A DNA stretch of 64,000 nucleotides from Escherichia coli (GTDB lineage: Bacteria > Pseudomonadota > Gammaproteobacteria > Enterobacterales > Enterobacteriaceae). The position numbers and the translations under genes are program-made. How positions within the stretch are numbered: position 1 is the stretch's first letter; every line of letters starts with the position of its first letter. The stretch lies in NCBI RefSeq assembly GCF_003334405.1, contig NZ_QOWM01000004.1, one strand, 5' to 3'. Of the stretch, positions 10,584 through 23,322 are shown one piece after another. Under the pieces are notes generated by a model. That model saw only the letters and a list, made by a program, of their open reading frames with translations, did no database searches and had not been told where the DNA came from.

Positions 10584-12526
10584 CGCCTTTGCTCGAATTA
10601 AAGGATATTCGTCGCAGCTATCCTGCCGGTGATGAGCAGGTTGAGGTGCTGAAGGGCATCAGCCTCGATATTTATGCGGGTGAGATGGTCGCGATTGTTG
10701 GCGCTTCGGGTTCCGGTAAATCGACCCTGATGAATATTCTCGGCTGTCTGGATAAGGCCACCAGCGGCACCTATCGCGTCGCCGGTCAGGATGTTGCCAC
10801 GCTGGACGCCGATGCGCTGGCGCAACTGCGCCGCGAGCATTTCGGCTTTATTTTCCAGCGTTACCATTTGCTTTCGCATTTAACCGCCGAGCAGAACGTT
10901 GAAGTACCCGCCGTCTATGCTGGTCTTGAGCGGAAACAGCGACTGCTTCGTGCCCAGGAGTTGCTGCAACGGCTGGGGCTGGAAGACCGTACAGAGTATT
11001 ATCCGGCACAGCTTTCGGGTGGTCAGCAACAGCGCGTCAGCATCGCGCGGGCATTGATGAACGGTGGTCAGGTAATTCTTGCCGATGAACCAACCGGCGC
11101 ACTGGACAGCCATTCTGGCGAAGAGGTGATGGCGATCCTGCATCAGCTGCGCGATCGTGGGCATACGGTGATTATCGTCACCCACGATCCGCAGGTCGCT
11201 GCTCAGGCCGAGCGGGTGATCGAAATTCGCGACGGCGAAATTGTGCGCAATCCTCCCGCCATTGAAAAAGTGAATGTTACTGGCGGGACGGAACCTGTTG
11301 TCAACACGGTGTCTGGCTGGCGGCAGTTTGTCAGCGGTTTTAACGAGGCGCTGACGATGGCATGGCGGGCGCTGGCAGCGAATAAAATGCGTACTTTACT
11401 GACCATGCTGGGGATTATTATCGGTATTGCGTCGGTGGTTTCCATTGTCGTGGTGGGTGACGCCGCCAAACAAATGGTGCTGGCGGATATTCGTTCTATT
11501 GGTACGAATACTATTGATGTCTATCCCGGGAAAGATTTTGGCGATGACGATCCGCAATATCAGCAGGCGCTGAAGTACGACGACTTAATCGCCATCCAAA
11601 AACAACCGTGGGTCGCCTCAGCCACACCTGCCGTCTCGCAAAACCTGCGCCTGCGTTATAACAATGTTGATGTTGCTGCCAGTGCCAATGGCGTGAGCGG
11701 CGATTATTTTAATGTCTATGGCATGACCTTCAGTGAAGGAAACACCTTTAATCAGGAGCAGCTGAACGGTCGTGCGCAGGTCGTGGTTCTCGACAGTAAT
11801 ACTCGCCGCCAGCTTTTCCCCCATAAAGCAGATGTGGTTGGCGAGGTGATTCTGGTCGGCAATATGCCCGCCAGAGTCATTGGTGTGGCGGAAGAAAAAC
11901 AGTCGATGTTTGGTAGCAGTAAAGTGCTGCGTGTCTGGCTACCTTACAGCACGATGTCCGGGCGAGTTATGGGCCAGTCGTGGCTTAACTCCATTACTGT
12001 CAGGGTGAAAGAAGGATTTGACAGCGCCGAGGCGGAACAGCAACTCACGCGTTTACTTTCACTGCGCCACGGAAAGAAGGATTTCTTTACCTGGAACATG
12101 GACGGCGTCTTGAAAACTGTTGAAAAGACCACACGTACTTTACAACTGTTTCTGACGCTGGTGGCGGTGATTTCGCTGGTGGTGGGCGGTATTGGTGTAA
12201 TGAATATTATGCTGGTGTCAGTGACCGAGCGGACGCGGGAAATTGGCATTCGCATGGCTGTAGGTGCGCGAGCAAGCGATGTTTTGCAACAGTTCCTGAT
12301 CGAAGCCGTACTGGTTTGCCTGGTCGGTGGCGCGTTGGGAATAACACTGTCACTGTTAATTGCTTTCACCTTGCAGCTTTTCTTACCCGGCTGGGAGATT
12401 GGTTTTTCACCGTTGGCGCTGCTGCTGGCGTTTCTCTGCTCGACGGTCACCGGGATTTTATTTGGCTGGTTACCCGCACGAAATGCGGCACGACTGGATC
12501 CAGTAGATGCTCTGGCACGAGAGTAA
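10580..12526 (+). CDS. macB: Macrolide ABC exporter (N-terminal ATPase, C-terminal FtsX-like permease)
   Basis: 648-aa ORF; Walker [13 protein letters not shown] signature LSGGQQQRV; Walker B ILADEPT; hydrophobic C-terminal helices. Confidence 0.92.
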   Translation: MTPLLELKDIRRSYPAGDEQVEVLKGISLDIYAGEMVAIVGASGSGKSTLMNILGCLDKATSGTYRVAGQDVATLDADALAQLRREHFGFIFQRYHLLSHLTAEQNVEVPAVYAGLERKQRLLRAQELLQRLGLEDRTEYYPAQLSGGQQQRVSIARALMNGGQVILADEPTGALDSHSGEEVMAILHQLRDRGHTVIIVTHDPQVAAQAERVIEIRDGEIVRNPPAIEKVNVTGGTEPVVNTVSGWRQFVSGFNEALTMAWRALAANKMRTLLTMLGIIIGIASVVSIVVVGDAAKQMVLADIRSIGTNTIDVYPGKDFGDDDPQYQQALKYDDLIAIQKQPWVASATPAVSQNLRLRYNNVDVAASANGVSGDYFNVYGMTFSEGNTFNQEQLNGRAQVVVLDSNTRRQLFPHKADVVGEVILVGNMPARVIGVAEEKQSMFGSSKVLRVWLPYSTMSGRVMGQSWLNSITVRVKEGFDSAEAEQQLTRLLSLRHGKKDFFTWNMDGVLKTVEKTTRTLQLFLTLVAVISLVVGGIGVMNIMLVSVTERTREIGIRMAVGARASDVLQQFLIEAVLVCLVGGALGITLSLLIAFTLQLFLPGWEIGFSPLALLLAFLCSTVTGILFGWLPARNAARLDPVDALARE

Positions 12527-12536
12527 TTTTTGAGAT

Positions 12537-12567
12537 AAAAATGCCAGCCGATCGGGCTGGCATTTTG
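12537..12567. terminator. Bidirectional rho-independent terminator shared by macB (+) and cspD (-)
   Basis: Perfect 9-bp stem atgccagcc/ggctggcat (12541-12563) flanked by an A-run upstream and a T-run downstream. Confidence 0.75.
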
Positions 12568-12598
12568 CCTTTAGGATGTACACAATGAGACAGAAGAG

Positions 12599-12823
12599 CT
12601 ATGCGACTGCCGCTTCTACTTCGACGGGCACAATAACACTGGCGTGATTGCCTTTTGGCCCCTGGTGGACATCAAACTGAACGGATTGTCCAGCTTTTAG
12701 CGTTCTGTAACCATCCATCTGAATGGTGGAATAATGAGCGAAAATATCTTCGCCGCCGCCTTCAGGGCAGATGAAACCAAACCCTTTGGCATTGTTGAAC
12801 CACTTAACAGTACCCTTTTCCAT
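12599..12823 (-). CDS. cspD: Cold-shock-domain protein CspD (stationary-phase replication inhibitor)
   Basis: ORF 12599..12853 trimmed to MEKGTVKWFNNAKGFGFI (ATG at 12821-12823); RNP1-like KGFGFI motif. Confidence 0.92.
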   Translation of the reverse strand: MEKGTVKWFNNAKGFGFICPEGGGEDIFAHYSTIQMDGYRTLKAGQSVQFDVHQGPKGNHASVIVPVEVEAAVA

Positions 12824-13145
12824 GCTTCGACATCCTTCGCAAATCTTATACAAGTAAGATGGAATAAACCGGGGTCAGAGAGGGGGCTGTTCAAAACCTC
12901 GCCAACTCTAGAAATACAATTTAGAGAATTAGGGCGAGCCGTCAAGCATTTGACAGGGGACAAGGGGCAGGTATGAATCAAAAATTTGAAGCAGTTAACG
13001 CTATTGACAGGAATGTGACAGATGTCGCTGATGCCAACGATAGATGATAGTTATCTATCATGTGGAGTAGATTGGTCAGGCAAATAAGCTCTTGTCAGCG
13101 GCAGGGCGTTCTGCCGATAACCGTAACCGAAGATGATAACTGACA

Positions 13146-13466
13146 ATGGGTAAAACGAACGACTGGCTGGACTTTGATCAACTGGCGGAAGAAAAAGTTC
13201 GCGACGCGCTAAAACCGCCATCTATGTATAAAGTGATATTAGTCAATGATGATTACACTCCGATGGAGTTTGTTATTGACGTGTTACAAAAATTCTTTTC
13301 TTATGATGTAGAACGTGCAACGCAATTGATGCTCGCTGTTCACTACCAGGGGAAGGCCATTTGCGGAGTCTTTACCGCCGAGGTTGCAGAAACCAAAGTG
13401 GCGATGGTGAACAAGTACGCGAGGGAGAATGAGCATCCATTGCTGTGTACGCTAGAAAAAGCCTGA
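13146..13466 (+). CDS. clpS: ClpAP adaptor for N-end-rule substrates
   Basis: 106-aa [21 protein letters not shown]; immediately upstream of clpA. Confidence 0.93.
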
Positions 13467-13496
13467 ATGCAGGCATAAAAATTGGGGGAGGTGCCT

Positions 13497-15773
13497 ATGC
13501 TCAATCAAGAACTGGAACTCAGTTTAAATATGGCTTTCGCCAGAGCGCGCGAGCACCGTCATGAGTTTATGACCGTCGAGCACTTGTTACTGGCGCTGCT
13601 CAGTAACCCATCTGCCCGGGAGGCGCTGGAAGCGTGTTCTGTGGATTTGGTTGCGCTCCGTCAGGAACTGGAAGCCTTTATTGAACAAACCACACCCGTT
13701 CTGCCTGCCAGTGAAGAGGAGCGCGACACACAGCCGACGCTGAGTTTTCAGCGTGTACTGCAACGTGCGGTCTTCCATGTCCAGTCCTCCGGTCGCAATG
13801 AGGTTACCGGTGCAAACGTTCTGGTCGCTATCTTTAGCGAACAGGAGTCGCAGGCGGCATATCTGTTGCGTAAACATGAAGTCAGCCGTCTCGATGTGGT
13901 GAACTTTATCTCTCATGGCACGCGTAAAGACGAGCCGACACAGTCTTCTGATCCTGGCAGCCAGCCAAACAGCGAAGAACAAGCTGGTGGGGAGGAACGT
14001 ATGGAGAATTTCACGACGAACCTGAATCAGCTTGCGCGCGTGGGCGGAATCGACCCACTGATTGGTCGTGAGAAGGAGCTGGAGCGTGCTATTCAGGTTC
14101 TCTGCCGTCGCCGTAAAAACAACCCGCTGCTGGTGGGGGAATCTGGTGTCGGTAAAACCGCGATTGCGGAAGGTCTTGCCTGGCGAATTGTTCAGGGCGA
14201 TGTGCCGGAAGTGATGGCTGACTGTACGATTTACTCTCTCGATATCGGTTCTCTGTTAGCGGGCACAAAATATCGCGGCGACTTTGAAAAACGTTTTAAA
14301 GCGTTGCTCAAGCAGCTGGAGCAGGACACTAACAGCATCCTGTTTATTGATGAGATCCACACCATTATCGGTGCGGGTGCAGCGTCTGGTGGTCAGGTCG
14401 ATGCGGCTAACCTAATCAAACCGTTGCTCTCCAGCGGTAAAATTCGTGTAATTGGTTCGACAACCTATCAGGAGTTCAGCAACATTTTCGAGAAAGACCG
14501 TGCTCTGGCGCGTCGCTTCCAGAAAATTGATATTACTGAACCGTCGATCGAAGAAACTGTTCAAATCATCAATGGCCTGAAACCGAAGTATGAAGCGCAC
14601 CACGACGTGCGTTATACCGCAAAAGCGGTGCGTGCGGCGGTAGAGCTGGCGGTGAAATACATTAACGATCGTCATCTGCCGGATAAAGCCATTGATGTTA
14701 TCGACGAAGCGGGCGCTCGCGCACGCCTGATGCCGGTAAGCAAACGCAAGAAAACCGTTAATGTGGCGGATATTGAGTCCGTGGTGGCCCGTATTGCACG
14801 CATTCCAGAGAAGAGTGTTTCTCAGAGTGATCGTGATACCCTGAAAAACCTCGGCGATCGCTTGAAAATGCTGGTCTTCGGTCAGGATAAAGCCATTGAG
14901 GCGCTGACTGAAGCCATTAAGATGGCGCGTGCAGGTTTAGGTCACGAACATAAACCGGTTGGTTCGTTCCTGTTTGCCGGCCCTACCGGGGTCGGGAAAA
15001 CAGAGGTGACGGTACAGCTTTCGAAAGCTTTGGGCATTGAGCTTCTGCGCTTTGATATGTCCGAGTATATGGAACGCCATACCGTCAGCCGTCTTATTGG
15101 TGCGCCTCCGGGATACGTTGGTTTTGATCAGGGCGGTTTGCTGACTGATGCGGTCATCAAGCATCCACATGCGGTGCTGCTGCTGGACGAAATCGAGAAA
15201 GCGCACCCGGACGTGTTCAATATTCTGTTGCAGGTGATGGATAACGGTACGCTGACCGATAACAACGGACGCAAAGCAGACTTCCGTAACGTGGTGCTGG
15301 TGATGACCACCAACGCCGGGGTACGGGAAACTGAGCGCAAATCCATTGGTCTTATCCACCAGGATAACAGCACCGATGCGATGGAAGAGATCAAGAAGAT
15401 CTTTACACCGGAATTCCGTAACCGTCTCGACAACATTATCTGGTTTGATCATCTGTCAACCGACGTGATCCATCAGGTGGTGGATAAATTCATCGTCGAG
15501 TTGCAGGTTCAGCTGGATCAGAAAGGTGTTTCTCTGGAAGTGAGCCAGGAAGCGCGTAACTGGCTGGCCGAGAAAGGTTACGACCGGGCAATGGGCGCTC
15601 GTCCGATGGCGCGTGTCATCCAGGACAACCTGAAAAAACCGCTCGCCAACGAACTGCTGTTTGGTTCGCTGGTGGACGGCGGTCAGGTCACCGTCGCGCT
15701 GGATAAAGAGAAAAATGAGCTGACTTACGGATTCCAGAGTGCACAAAAGCACAAGGCGGAAGCAGCGCATTAA
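13497..15773 (+). CDS. clpA: ATP-dependent Clp protease ATPase/unfoldase subunit ClpA
   Basis: ORF 13482..15773 trimmed to ATG at 13497 ([14 protein letters not shown]) with a GGGGGAGGTG Shine-Dalgarno; two AAA+ modules with Walker A GESGVGKT and GPTGVGKT. Confidence 0.93.
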   Translation: MLNQELELSLNMAFARAREHRHEFMTVEHLLLALLSNPSAREALEACSVDLVALRQELEAFIEQTTPVLPASEEERDTQPTLSFQRVLQRAVFHVQSSGRNEVTGANVLVAIFSEQESQAAYLLRKHEVSRLDVVNFISHGTRKDEPTQSSDPGSQPNSEEQAGGEERMENFTTNLNQLARVGGIDPLIGREKELERAIQVLCRRRKNNPLLVGESGVGKTAIAEGLAWRIVQGDVPEVMADCTIYSLDIGSLLAGTKYRGDFEKRFKALLKQLEQDTNSILFIDEIHTIIGAGAASGGQVDAANLIKPLLSSGKIRVIGSTTYQEFSNIFEKDRALARRFQKIDITEPSIEETVQIINGLKPKYEAHHDVRYTAKAVRAAVELAVKYINDRHLPDKAIDVIDEAGARARLMPVSKRKKTVNVADIESVVARIARIPEKSVSQSDRDTLKNLGDRLKMLVFGQDKAIEALTEAIKMARAGLGHEHKPVGSFLFAGPTGVGKTEVTVQLSKALGIELLRFDMSEYMERHTVSRLIGAPPGYVGFDQGGLLTDAVIKHPHAVLLLDEIEKAHPDVFNILLQVMDNGTLTDNNGRKADFRNVVLVMTTNAGVRETERKSIGLIHQDNSTDAMEEIKKIFTPEFRNRLDNIIWFDHLSTDVIHQVVDKFIVELQVQLDQKGVSLEVSQEARNWLAEKGYDRAMGARPMARVIQDNLKKPLANELLFGSLVDGGQVTVALDKEKNELTYGFQSAQKHKAEAAH

Positions 15774-15797
15774 TCTGATTGTTAGGTAGGTTGGTCA

Positions 15798-15834
15798 AGT
15801 CCGTAATCTCGAAAGAGGTTACGGACTTTTTGTT
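15798..15834 (+). terminator. Rho-independent terminator downstream of clpA
   Basis: Stem gtccgtaa(tctc)/(gag)ttacggac (15799-15826) followed by TTTTTGTTT. Confidence 0.72.
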
Positions 15835-15985
15835 TATGGGGTGGAGGAGGTTCAGACCCTTTTTTTAATGATGATGGTAAGTTGTTGATAATTAGTGCTG
15901 CGGGAAGGTAAGGATAAAAAAGGGTGCTGCAGGAGAATGGGATGGTTTTGCTTTATTAACAACGGGCTAAACGTGTAGTATTTGA

Positions 15986-16073
15986 GTTCACTGCCGTACA
16001 GGCAGCTTAGAAATTCACAGGTAACATACTCCACCCGCCCACCATGTTCACTGCCGTACAGACAGATAAAATG
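15986..16073 (+). CRISPR. Orphan type I-F CRISPR remnant: two 28-bp repeats (second degenerate) flanking one 32-bp spacer; no cas genes in the window
   Basis: Repeat 1 at 15986-16013 is GTTCACTGCCGTACAGGCAGCTTAGAAA, the type I-F repeat as I recall it; spacer 16014-16045 is ttcacaggtaacatactccacccgcccaccat; repeat 2 at 16046-16073 is gttcactgccgtacagacagataaaatg; location between clpA and serW fits the known CRISPR3/4 site. Confidence 0.8.
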
Positions 16074-16075
16074 CG

Positions 16076-16105
16076 AAAAAAAAGCTCGCACTTTCGTACG
16101 AGCTC
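16076..16105 (-). terminator. Rho-independent terminator downstream of serW
   Basis: Minus-strand hairpin agctcg-(10 nt loop)-cgagct followed by a U8 run (plus-strand A8 at 16076-16083). Confidence 0.6.
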
Positions 16106-16116
16106 TTCTTTAAATA

Positions 16117-16204
16117 TGGCGGTGAGGGGGGGATTCGAACCCCCGATACGTTGCCGTATACACACTTTCCAGGCGTGCTCCTTCAGCCACTCGGACACCT
16201 CACC
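16117..16204 (-). tRNA. serW: tRNA-Ser (anticodon GGA), 88 nt with long variable arm
   Basis: Reverse complement reads GGTGAGGTGTCCGAGTGGCTGAAGGAGCACGCCTGGAAAGTG...GGTTCGAATCCCCCCCTCACCGCCA; encoded CCA end; T-loop GGTTCGAAT. Confidence 0.95.
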
Positions 16205-16457
16205 AAATTGTTTTGCTACCAAACCTCATGGGTGGCAACGGGGCGCTACTATAGGGAGTTGGAGTAAAACGGTCAAGAAGAATTTTAATGATAATTATTG
16301 TTTGCTCATACTGTAAACAAGTTGTGCAGTATATCTACATCGAGACAAGTTACGGACTTATACTTCCAAAGTACTTCATACATATCACAAAATAAAAAGG
16401 CCGGTTAAACCGACCTTTTACTCGTTCTTTCTCTTCGCCCATCAGGCGGTAAAACAA

Positions 16458-16679
<222 letters not shown>

Positions 16680-16960
16680 ATCCTCTGGGGTATCACTACC
16701 GTAATTTGAACCGGCAAGATAATGCCGAAGTTCTGTAAATAAGTAAAGATTTGCGCGCTAAATCGCAACAAACAGGTTCGGCACATTACTCCGAAAACAC
16801 ACGGCTAAGCCGCACCAAAAGCGCAACGTATAAGGGAGCGGTGAGATAAACGATGGGCGTTACCTGACGCGAAAAATTCCTTATCGGCAGCGGGGTAATG
16901 AGCGTAACCAACTCTGCGACCGCAATTATAACACTCTGGGGAGAAATGTGCCGAAAACAT

Positions 16961-17665
16961 TCATTCTTGTGGTGAAAACAAGCATCGTGGTACCCAGAAA
17001 TTATTCGGCAATCGTCCGAGGCGCATTTGATTGAGATAATTAAGGTAATCCCGGCGGGGAATTTCGCAGGCACCAAGCGATGCTGTGTGATCGTTAAGGA
17101 CCTGGCAGTCGATAAGCTTACCGCCATGACCGATAAATTCCTCACAGAATACCAGAAGCGCCGTTTTAGACGCATTTTCCATCCGGCTGAACATGGACTC
17201 GCCACAAAATAGCGTTCCCTGGGCCACGCCGTACATACCGCCGACAAGCTCATCTTCACGCCAGACTTCAATGGAGTGGGCATGGCCGAGTTCGTGAAGG
17301 CGATGGTAGGCTTCGACCACGCCACGCGTGATCCAGGTTCCTTCTTCGCGATCGCTGGCACAGCCTTCAATGACCTGACCAAAAGCGTAATTCATCGTGA
17401 CACGATAGGGCGAGCGTTTATGAAATCGCTTCATACTACGGCTGATATGCAGTGATTCTGGCCATAGCACCGCGCGGGGATCGGGCGACCACCAGAGGAT
17501 GGGGTCGCCTGGAGAAAACCACGGAAAAATACCACGCTGGTAAGCCATTAACAGGCGCGCAGGGCTAAGATCGCCCCCAAGTGCCAGCAGGCCGTTAGGC
17601 TCACGTAATGCGCCTTCCGGGGAAGGGAAGGCTATTGAATGGCGAGAAAGCTGAACCAGGCGCAT
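16961..17665 (-). CDS. aat: Leucyl/phenylalanyl-tRNA--protein transferase
   Basis: 234-aa ORF; position between infA and cydC. Confidence 0.9.
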
Positions 17666-17706
17666 GACCGCAAAACTCCACGCAAGTCGGATCGTTCAAT
17701 AATAGC

Positions 17707-19428
17707 TTACAAACCCTGCTTGAACTGGTAATAACGCCCCTGTCTGGCAAGCAGTTCTGCGTGAGTACCTTGCTCAATAATTTGCCCGTTGTCCATCACT
17801 ATTATTTGTTGGAAACGAGAGAGTCCGCGAAGTCGATGGGTGACCATTAACACCGTTTTCTCACGCATCATTTCTGCAAGCAATTCAAGGATCTGGCTTT
17901 CGGTTGTGGCATCTAAGCCTTCGGTAGGTTCATCCAGCAACACCAGTGGCGCATCATGTAACAGCGCACGGGCGATAGCCAGACGGCGCAGTTCACCACC
18001 GGAGAGCTGGCGTCCGCCTTCACCTAACCAACTGTTGAGACCTGCATCCTCGAGCAGCTTTTCCAGGCCAACGCGACGCAAGATCTCCGACAGAGCCTCA
18101 TCACTACTGCCAGGCGAGGCGAGTAAAAGATTATCACGCAGCGTGGCGCTAAACAGATGCACTCGCTGAGGAACAACGCTGATGGTCTGTCGTAGAGCCG
18201 CTTCATTCAGGCTGGCTATGGGGCTATCGTTAAGCAAAATCTCGCCCTGTTGCGGGTCCCATGCGCGGGTCAGCAGTTGTAACAGTGTTGATTTGCCGCA
18301 TCCGGTTCGCCCGAGAATCGCTATATGTTCCCCGGCGTTTACCTGAAGAGAAATCCCTTTAAGTGCCTGTTGAGATTGCTCCGGATAAGTGAACTGAACA
18401 TCCCGTAACGTCAGCGAAACGCGATCGGCAACACGAGTTTGGGTATCAGGAAAGGTGACCTCCGGTTTTTGATCCGTTAAGTCAGAGATACGTACGGCAG
18501 AGGCAATGACTTGCCCCAGATGCTGAAATGCACCCGTTACTGGTGCCAGTGCTTCAAACGCGGCTAACGCGCAGAAGACAAACAGGGCAATTAACGCGCC
18601 GGGTTGAGCATTGCCGCCAACGCCGCCAGACGCCATCCACAGCATCAGGATCACCGCTAACGCGCCAATGAGCAGCATTATCGCTTGCGACAATGCGGTC
18701 AGTTCAGATTGACGGCGTTGCGCTTCCAGCCATTGAATTTCTGTATTCTCTAGTTGCGTGCGATAACGATCGCTGGCACCAAAAATGGTCAGCTCAGCTT
18801 GCCCTTGCAGCCAGGCCGTCAGTTGTTGGCGATACTGTCCGCGAAGATGAGTCAGATTTTGCCCGGTGCTTTTTCCCGCACGATAAAACAGCGGTGGCAT
18901 CAGGAAAAGCGTCAGTAACATAATGCCGCCCAGCGTAAAGGCGAGGGTGAAATCAAGGAAACTTAACCCGATTGTCACCACCATAATCACCACAAAAGCG
19001 CCCACCAGCGGCGAGATAACGCGCAGGTAAAGATGATCGAGCGTATCAACATCCGCCACCACGCGATTGAGCAATTCGCCCTGACGATAGCGCGCCAGTC
19101 CGGCAGGGGAGAGGGGCAGCAATTTGCTGAAGGTGTAAATGCGCAGATGCTGCAACACGCGGAAAGTCGCGTCGTGACTTACCAGACGTTCAAAATAGCG
19201 CCCGGCAGTACGGGTGATTGCTGCGCCACGCACGCCCGCAGCGGGTAGCATATAGTTGAAGCTGTACAGTCCGGCAACCCCCGCAACCGCTGAGGCCGAG
19301 AGGAACCAGCCGGAAAGTGTCAACAGACCGATACTGGCGAGCAGCGTCACAATTGCCAGCACAATACCAAGACTTAACATCCATTTATGACGTTTATACA
19401 GTGCCAGATAGGGTAGCAAAGCGTGCAT
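17707..19428 (-). CDS. cydC: Cysteine/glutathione ABC exporter subunit (fused permease-ATPase) needed for cytochrome bd assembly
   Basis: 573-aa ORF; N-terminal transmembrane domain; Walker A GRTGCGKST; ABC signature LSGGELRRLAIARAL; directly abuts cydD. Confidence 0.9.
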   Translation of the reverse strand: MHALLPYLALYKRHKWMLSLGIVLAIVTLLASIGLLTLSGWFLSASAVAGVAGLYSFNYMLPAAGVRGAAITRTAGRYFERLVSHDATFRVLQHLRIYTFSKLLPLSPAGLARYRQGELLNRVVADVDTLDHLYLRVISPLVGAFVVIMVVTIGLSFLDFTLAFTLGGIMLLTLFLMPPLFYRAGKSTGQNLTHLRGQYRQQLTAWLQGQAELTIFGASDRYRTQLENTEIQWLEAQRRQSELTALSQAIMLLIGALAVILMLWMASGGVGGNAQPGALIALFVFCALAAFEALAPVTGAFQHLGQVIASAVRISDLTDQKPEVTFPDTQTRVADRVSLTLRDVQFTYPEQSQQALKGISLQVNAGEHIAILGRTGCGKSTLLQLLTRAWDPQQGEILLNDSPIASLNEAALRQTISVVPQRVHLFSATLRDNLLLASPGSSDEALSEILRRVGLEKLLEDAGLNSWLGEGGRQLSGGELRRLAIARALLHDAPLVLLDEPTEGLDATTESQILELLAEMMREKTVLMVTHRLRGLSRFQQIIVMDNGQIIEQGTHAELLARQGRYYQFKQGL

Positions 19429-21195
19429 TTAAATCTCCTCCTGACGATGGGCCAGTAATGTGGCGAATGGGCCACCAGCCACACTTAATTCCGCGTAACG
19501 TCCTTGCTCAATAATCCGGCCATCCTGCATAACCCAAATGACATCCCAGTCAGCAAGATCTTCTAACTGGTGGGTGACCATTAACGTTGTCTGGCGCAGA
19601 GAGGCGGCATTCAGCGCCTCCATTACGCGCTGTTCACTGTGAGCATCAAGGCTGGCAGCGGGTTCATCCAACAGTAATAGCGAACAGGGATTTAGTAACG
19701 CACGGGCCACCGCCACGCGCTGCGCCTGCCCCACGGAAAGGCGGGCAGCCTGGTCGCCAACAGGCGTATCAACGCCTTGTGGGAGGAGCGGTAGAAACTC
19801 GCTGACCCAGGCGTTATCCAGCGCTGCTTGTAATTCTTGTTCGCTGGCATCAGGTCGCGCCAGTAGTACGTTATCCCGCAATGTTGCTGCCGGTAATTGT
19901 GGGTTTTGCCCAACCCAGGAGAGATGTTTACGCCATGATTCTGGTGATAAATCGCGTAATTCTATCCCGTTGATTCGTAGCGATCCCTGATATGAGAGAA
20001 AACCAGAAAGCGCGTTCAGCAGTGAGCTTTTACCTGAACCGCTGCGACCAACCAACACCGCACGTTGGCCTGCTGGCAAAGTAAAGTTCAGCGGTCCGGC
20101 CAGCGTTTTACCTTCCGGCGACGTGATAAACAGCTCCTCGGCCTCAATGGTCACCGGATCGGTCGATGCTAATTCCGCCTCACCACGTTGCGGATGGGCG
20201 AGCGGGGTTTCCATAAACGTTTTCAGACTGTCAGCTGCGCCAACAGCCTGGGCTTTAGCATGATAAAACGTACCGAGATCGCGTAATGGCTGGAAAAACT
20301 CTGGCGCAAGGATCAGGGCCAGAAAACCCGCAGCCAGCGTCACACCGGTATCGTAGTGACCAAAATCCAGCTCGCCGAGATAGGAAAAACCAAAGTAGAC
20401 CGCCACCAGAGCAATTGACAGCGAGGTAAAAAATTCGAGAATGCCGGAGGATAAAAACGCCAGCCGTAGCACTTCCATTGTCCGTTGGCGGAAATCTTCC
20501 GAAGCAGAACGAATACTTTCAATTTCAGCTTCACCACGACCAAAAATACGCAATGTTTCCATGCCGCGCAGGCGATCGAGGAAATGCCCACTTAAGCGAG
20601 CAAGAGCGAGAAAGTTACGTCGGTTAGCATCGGCAGCCCCCATTCCAACCAGCGCCATAAACAACGGAATTAACGGTGCAGTGCCCAGCAGAATGAGCGC
20701 CGCAGCCCAGTTAGAGGGGAAGATTGCCACCACAATCAGCAACGGCACCGACACTGCCAGCGCCATTTGCGGCAGATAGCGTGCATAGTAATCATGCATA
20801 TCGTCAATTTGCTCGAGTACCAGCGTCGCCCAGCTCCCCGCAGGTTTACCCTGAATCCACGCTGGCCCTGCTTGTTGCAGACGGTCGAGAACCTGACGGC
20901 GGATGGCAAAGCGGATATGCTGCCCGGCGTGATAACCCACCCGTTCGCGTAACCAGACCACCCATGCGCGCAGTACAAAGGTCAGAACCAGTAACGTAAA
21001 GGGAAGCAGCAGGGCTTCACGGGGAATATTCTCCATAATCATATGTTGCAGAATTCGCGCCATGAACCAGGCCTGGGCAATGATCAATATGCCGCTCACA
21101 AAGCCCAGCAGACGAGAAATATTCAGCCAACGTTGGGAGATGACGCTTTGCTGTTTTAACCAGCGGGTTAACTCTTTTTGACGAGATTTATTCAT
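19429..21195 (-). CDS. cydD: Cysteine/glutathione ABC exporter subunit, partner of CydC
   Basis: 588-aa ORF; Walker [25 protein letters not shown] signature. Confidence 0.9.
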   Translation of the reverse strand: MNKSRQKELTRWLKQQSVISQRWLNISRLLGFVSGILIIAQAWFMARILQHMIMENIPREALLLPFTLLVLTFVLRAWVVWLRERVGYHAGQHIRFAIRRQVLDRLQQAGPAWIQGKPAGSWATLVLEQIDDMHDYYARYLPQMALAVSVPLLIVVAIFPSNWAAALILLGTAPLIPLFMALVGMGAADANRRNFLALARLSGHFLDRLRGMETLRIFGRGEAEIESIRSASEDFRQRTMEVLRLAFLSSGILEFFTSLSIALVAVYFGFSYLGELDFGHYDTGVTLAAGFLALILAPEFFQPLRDLGTFYHAKAQAVGAADSLKTFMETPLAHPQRGEAELASTDPVTIEAEELFITSPEGKTLAGPLNFTLPAGQRAVLVGRSGSGKSSLLNALSGFLSYQGSLRINGIELRDLSPESWRKHLSWVGQNPQLPAATLRDNVLLARPDASEQELQAALDNAWVSEFLPLLPQGVDTPVGDQAARLSVGQAQRVAVARALLNPCSLLLLDEPAASLDAHSEQRVMEALNAASLRQTTLMVTHQLEDLADWDVIWVMQDGRIIEQGRYAELSVAGGPFATLLAHRQEEI

Positions 21196-21317
21196 TGCAC
21201 GCTTAGCAGGTGAGTTATCAGAATTATTTGCAGAGCAATGTTACAACGGGGAAAAAATAAAGGCGACCCATAGTCGCATGGTGTCGCCTTCTTTACTTTT
21301 GTTACTGATTTGTAAAA

Positions 21318-22400
<1,083 letters not shown>

Positions 22401-22827
22401 TCAAATTCTCCCGTCATTATCACCTCTGCTACTTAAATTTCCCGCTTTATAAGCCGATTAAATGATGAATAAACGCCCCTGTTAATGAATATCTGGCATG
22501 TTGTACTAAAAATCGATGTTTTGCTTTGACAATCCCCTGGTGTTTTGCGAAAACATTCGAGGAAGAAAAAAAACAGTATTCTTATATGCGCATAACCATG
22601 CATGTAAATACCATGTTTACCGTGCTAGTGAAATCTACGTATGGCGTGGACAGACGCCATTCGTGATGTCGATAGCTGCCACAAGGCAACGGTCTTCTCA
22701 CCGTAGACCCAGGCATTGCGCGCCGTGAATCTTCATGATTTCGGTCTATCGTGACGGGTAGCGACTCTGAACAGTGATGTTTCAGGGTCAGACAGGAGTA
22801 GGGAAGGAATACAGAGAGACAATAATA

Positions 22828-23322
22828 ATGGTAGATAGCAAGAAGCGCCCTGGCAAAGATCTCGACCGTATCGATCGTAACATTCTTAATGAGTTGCAAA
22901 AGGATGGGCGTATTTCTAACGTCGAGCTTTCTAAACGTGTGGGACTTTCCCCAACGCCGTGCCTTGAGCGTGTGCGTCGGCTGGAAAGACAAGGGTTTAT
23001 TCAGGGCTATACGGCGCTGCTTAACCCCCATTATCTGGATGCATCACTTCTGGTATTCGTTGAGATTACTCTGAATCGTGGCGCACCGGATGTGTTTGAA
23101 CAATTCAATACCGCTGTACAAAAACTTGAAGAAATTCAGGAGTGTCATTTAGTATCCGGTGATTTCGACTACCTGTTGAAAACACGCGTGCCGGATATGT
23201 CAGCCTACCGTAAGTTGCTGGGGGAAACCCTGCTGCGTCTGCCTGGCGTCAATGACACACGGACATACGTTGTTATGGAAGAAGTCAAGCAGAGTAATCG
23301 TCTGGTTATTAAGACGCGCTAA
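22828..23322 (+). CDS. lrp: Leucine-responsive regulatory protein (global regulator)
   Basis: ORF 22774..23322 trimmed to ATG at 22828 (MVDSKKRPGKDLDRIDRNILNELQKDGRISNVELSKRVGLSPTPC); HTH plus RAM domain; long upstream leader. Confidence 0.95.
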   Translation: MVDSKKRPGKDLDRIDRNILNELQKDGRISNVELSKRVGLSPTPCLERVRRLERQGFIQGYTALLNPHYLDASLLVFVEITLNRGAPDVFEQFNTAVQKLEEIQECHLVSGDFDYLLKTRVPDMSAYRKLLGETLLRLPGVNDTRTYVVMEEVKQSNRLVIKTR

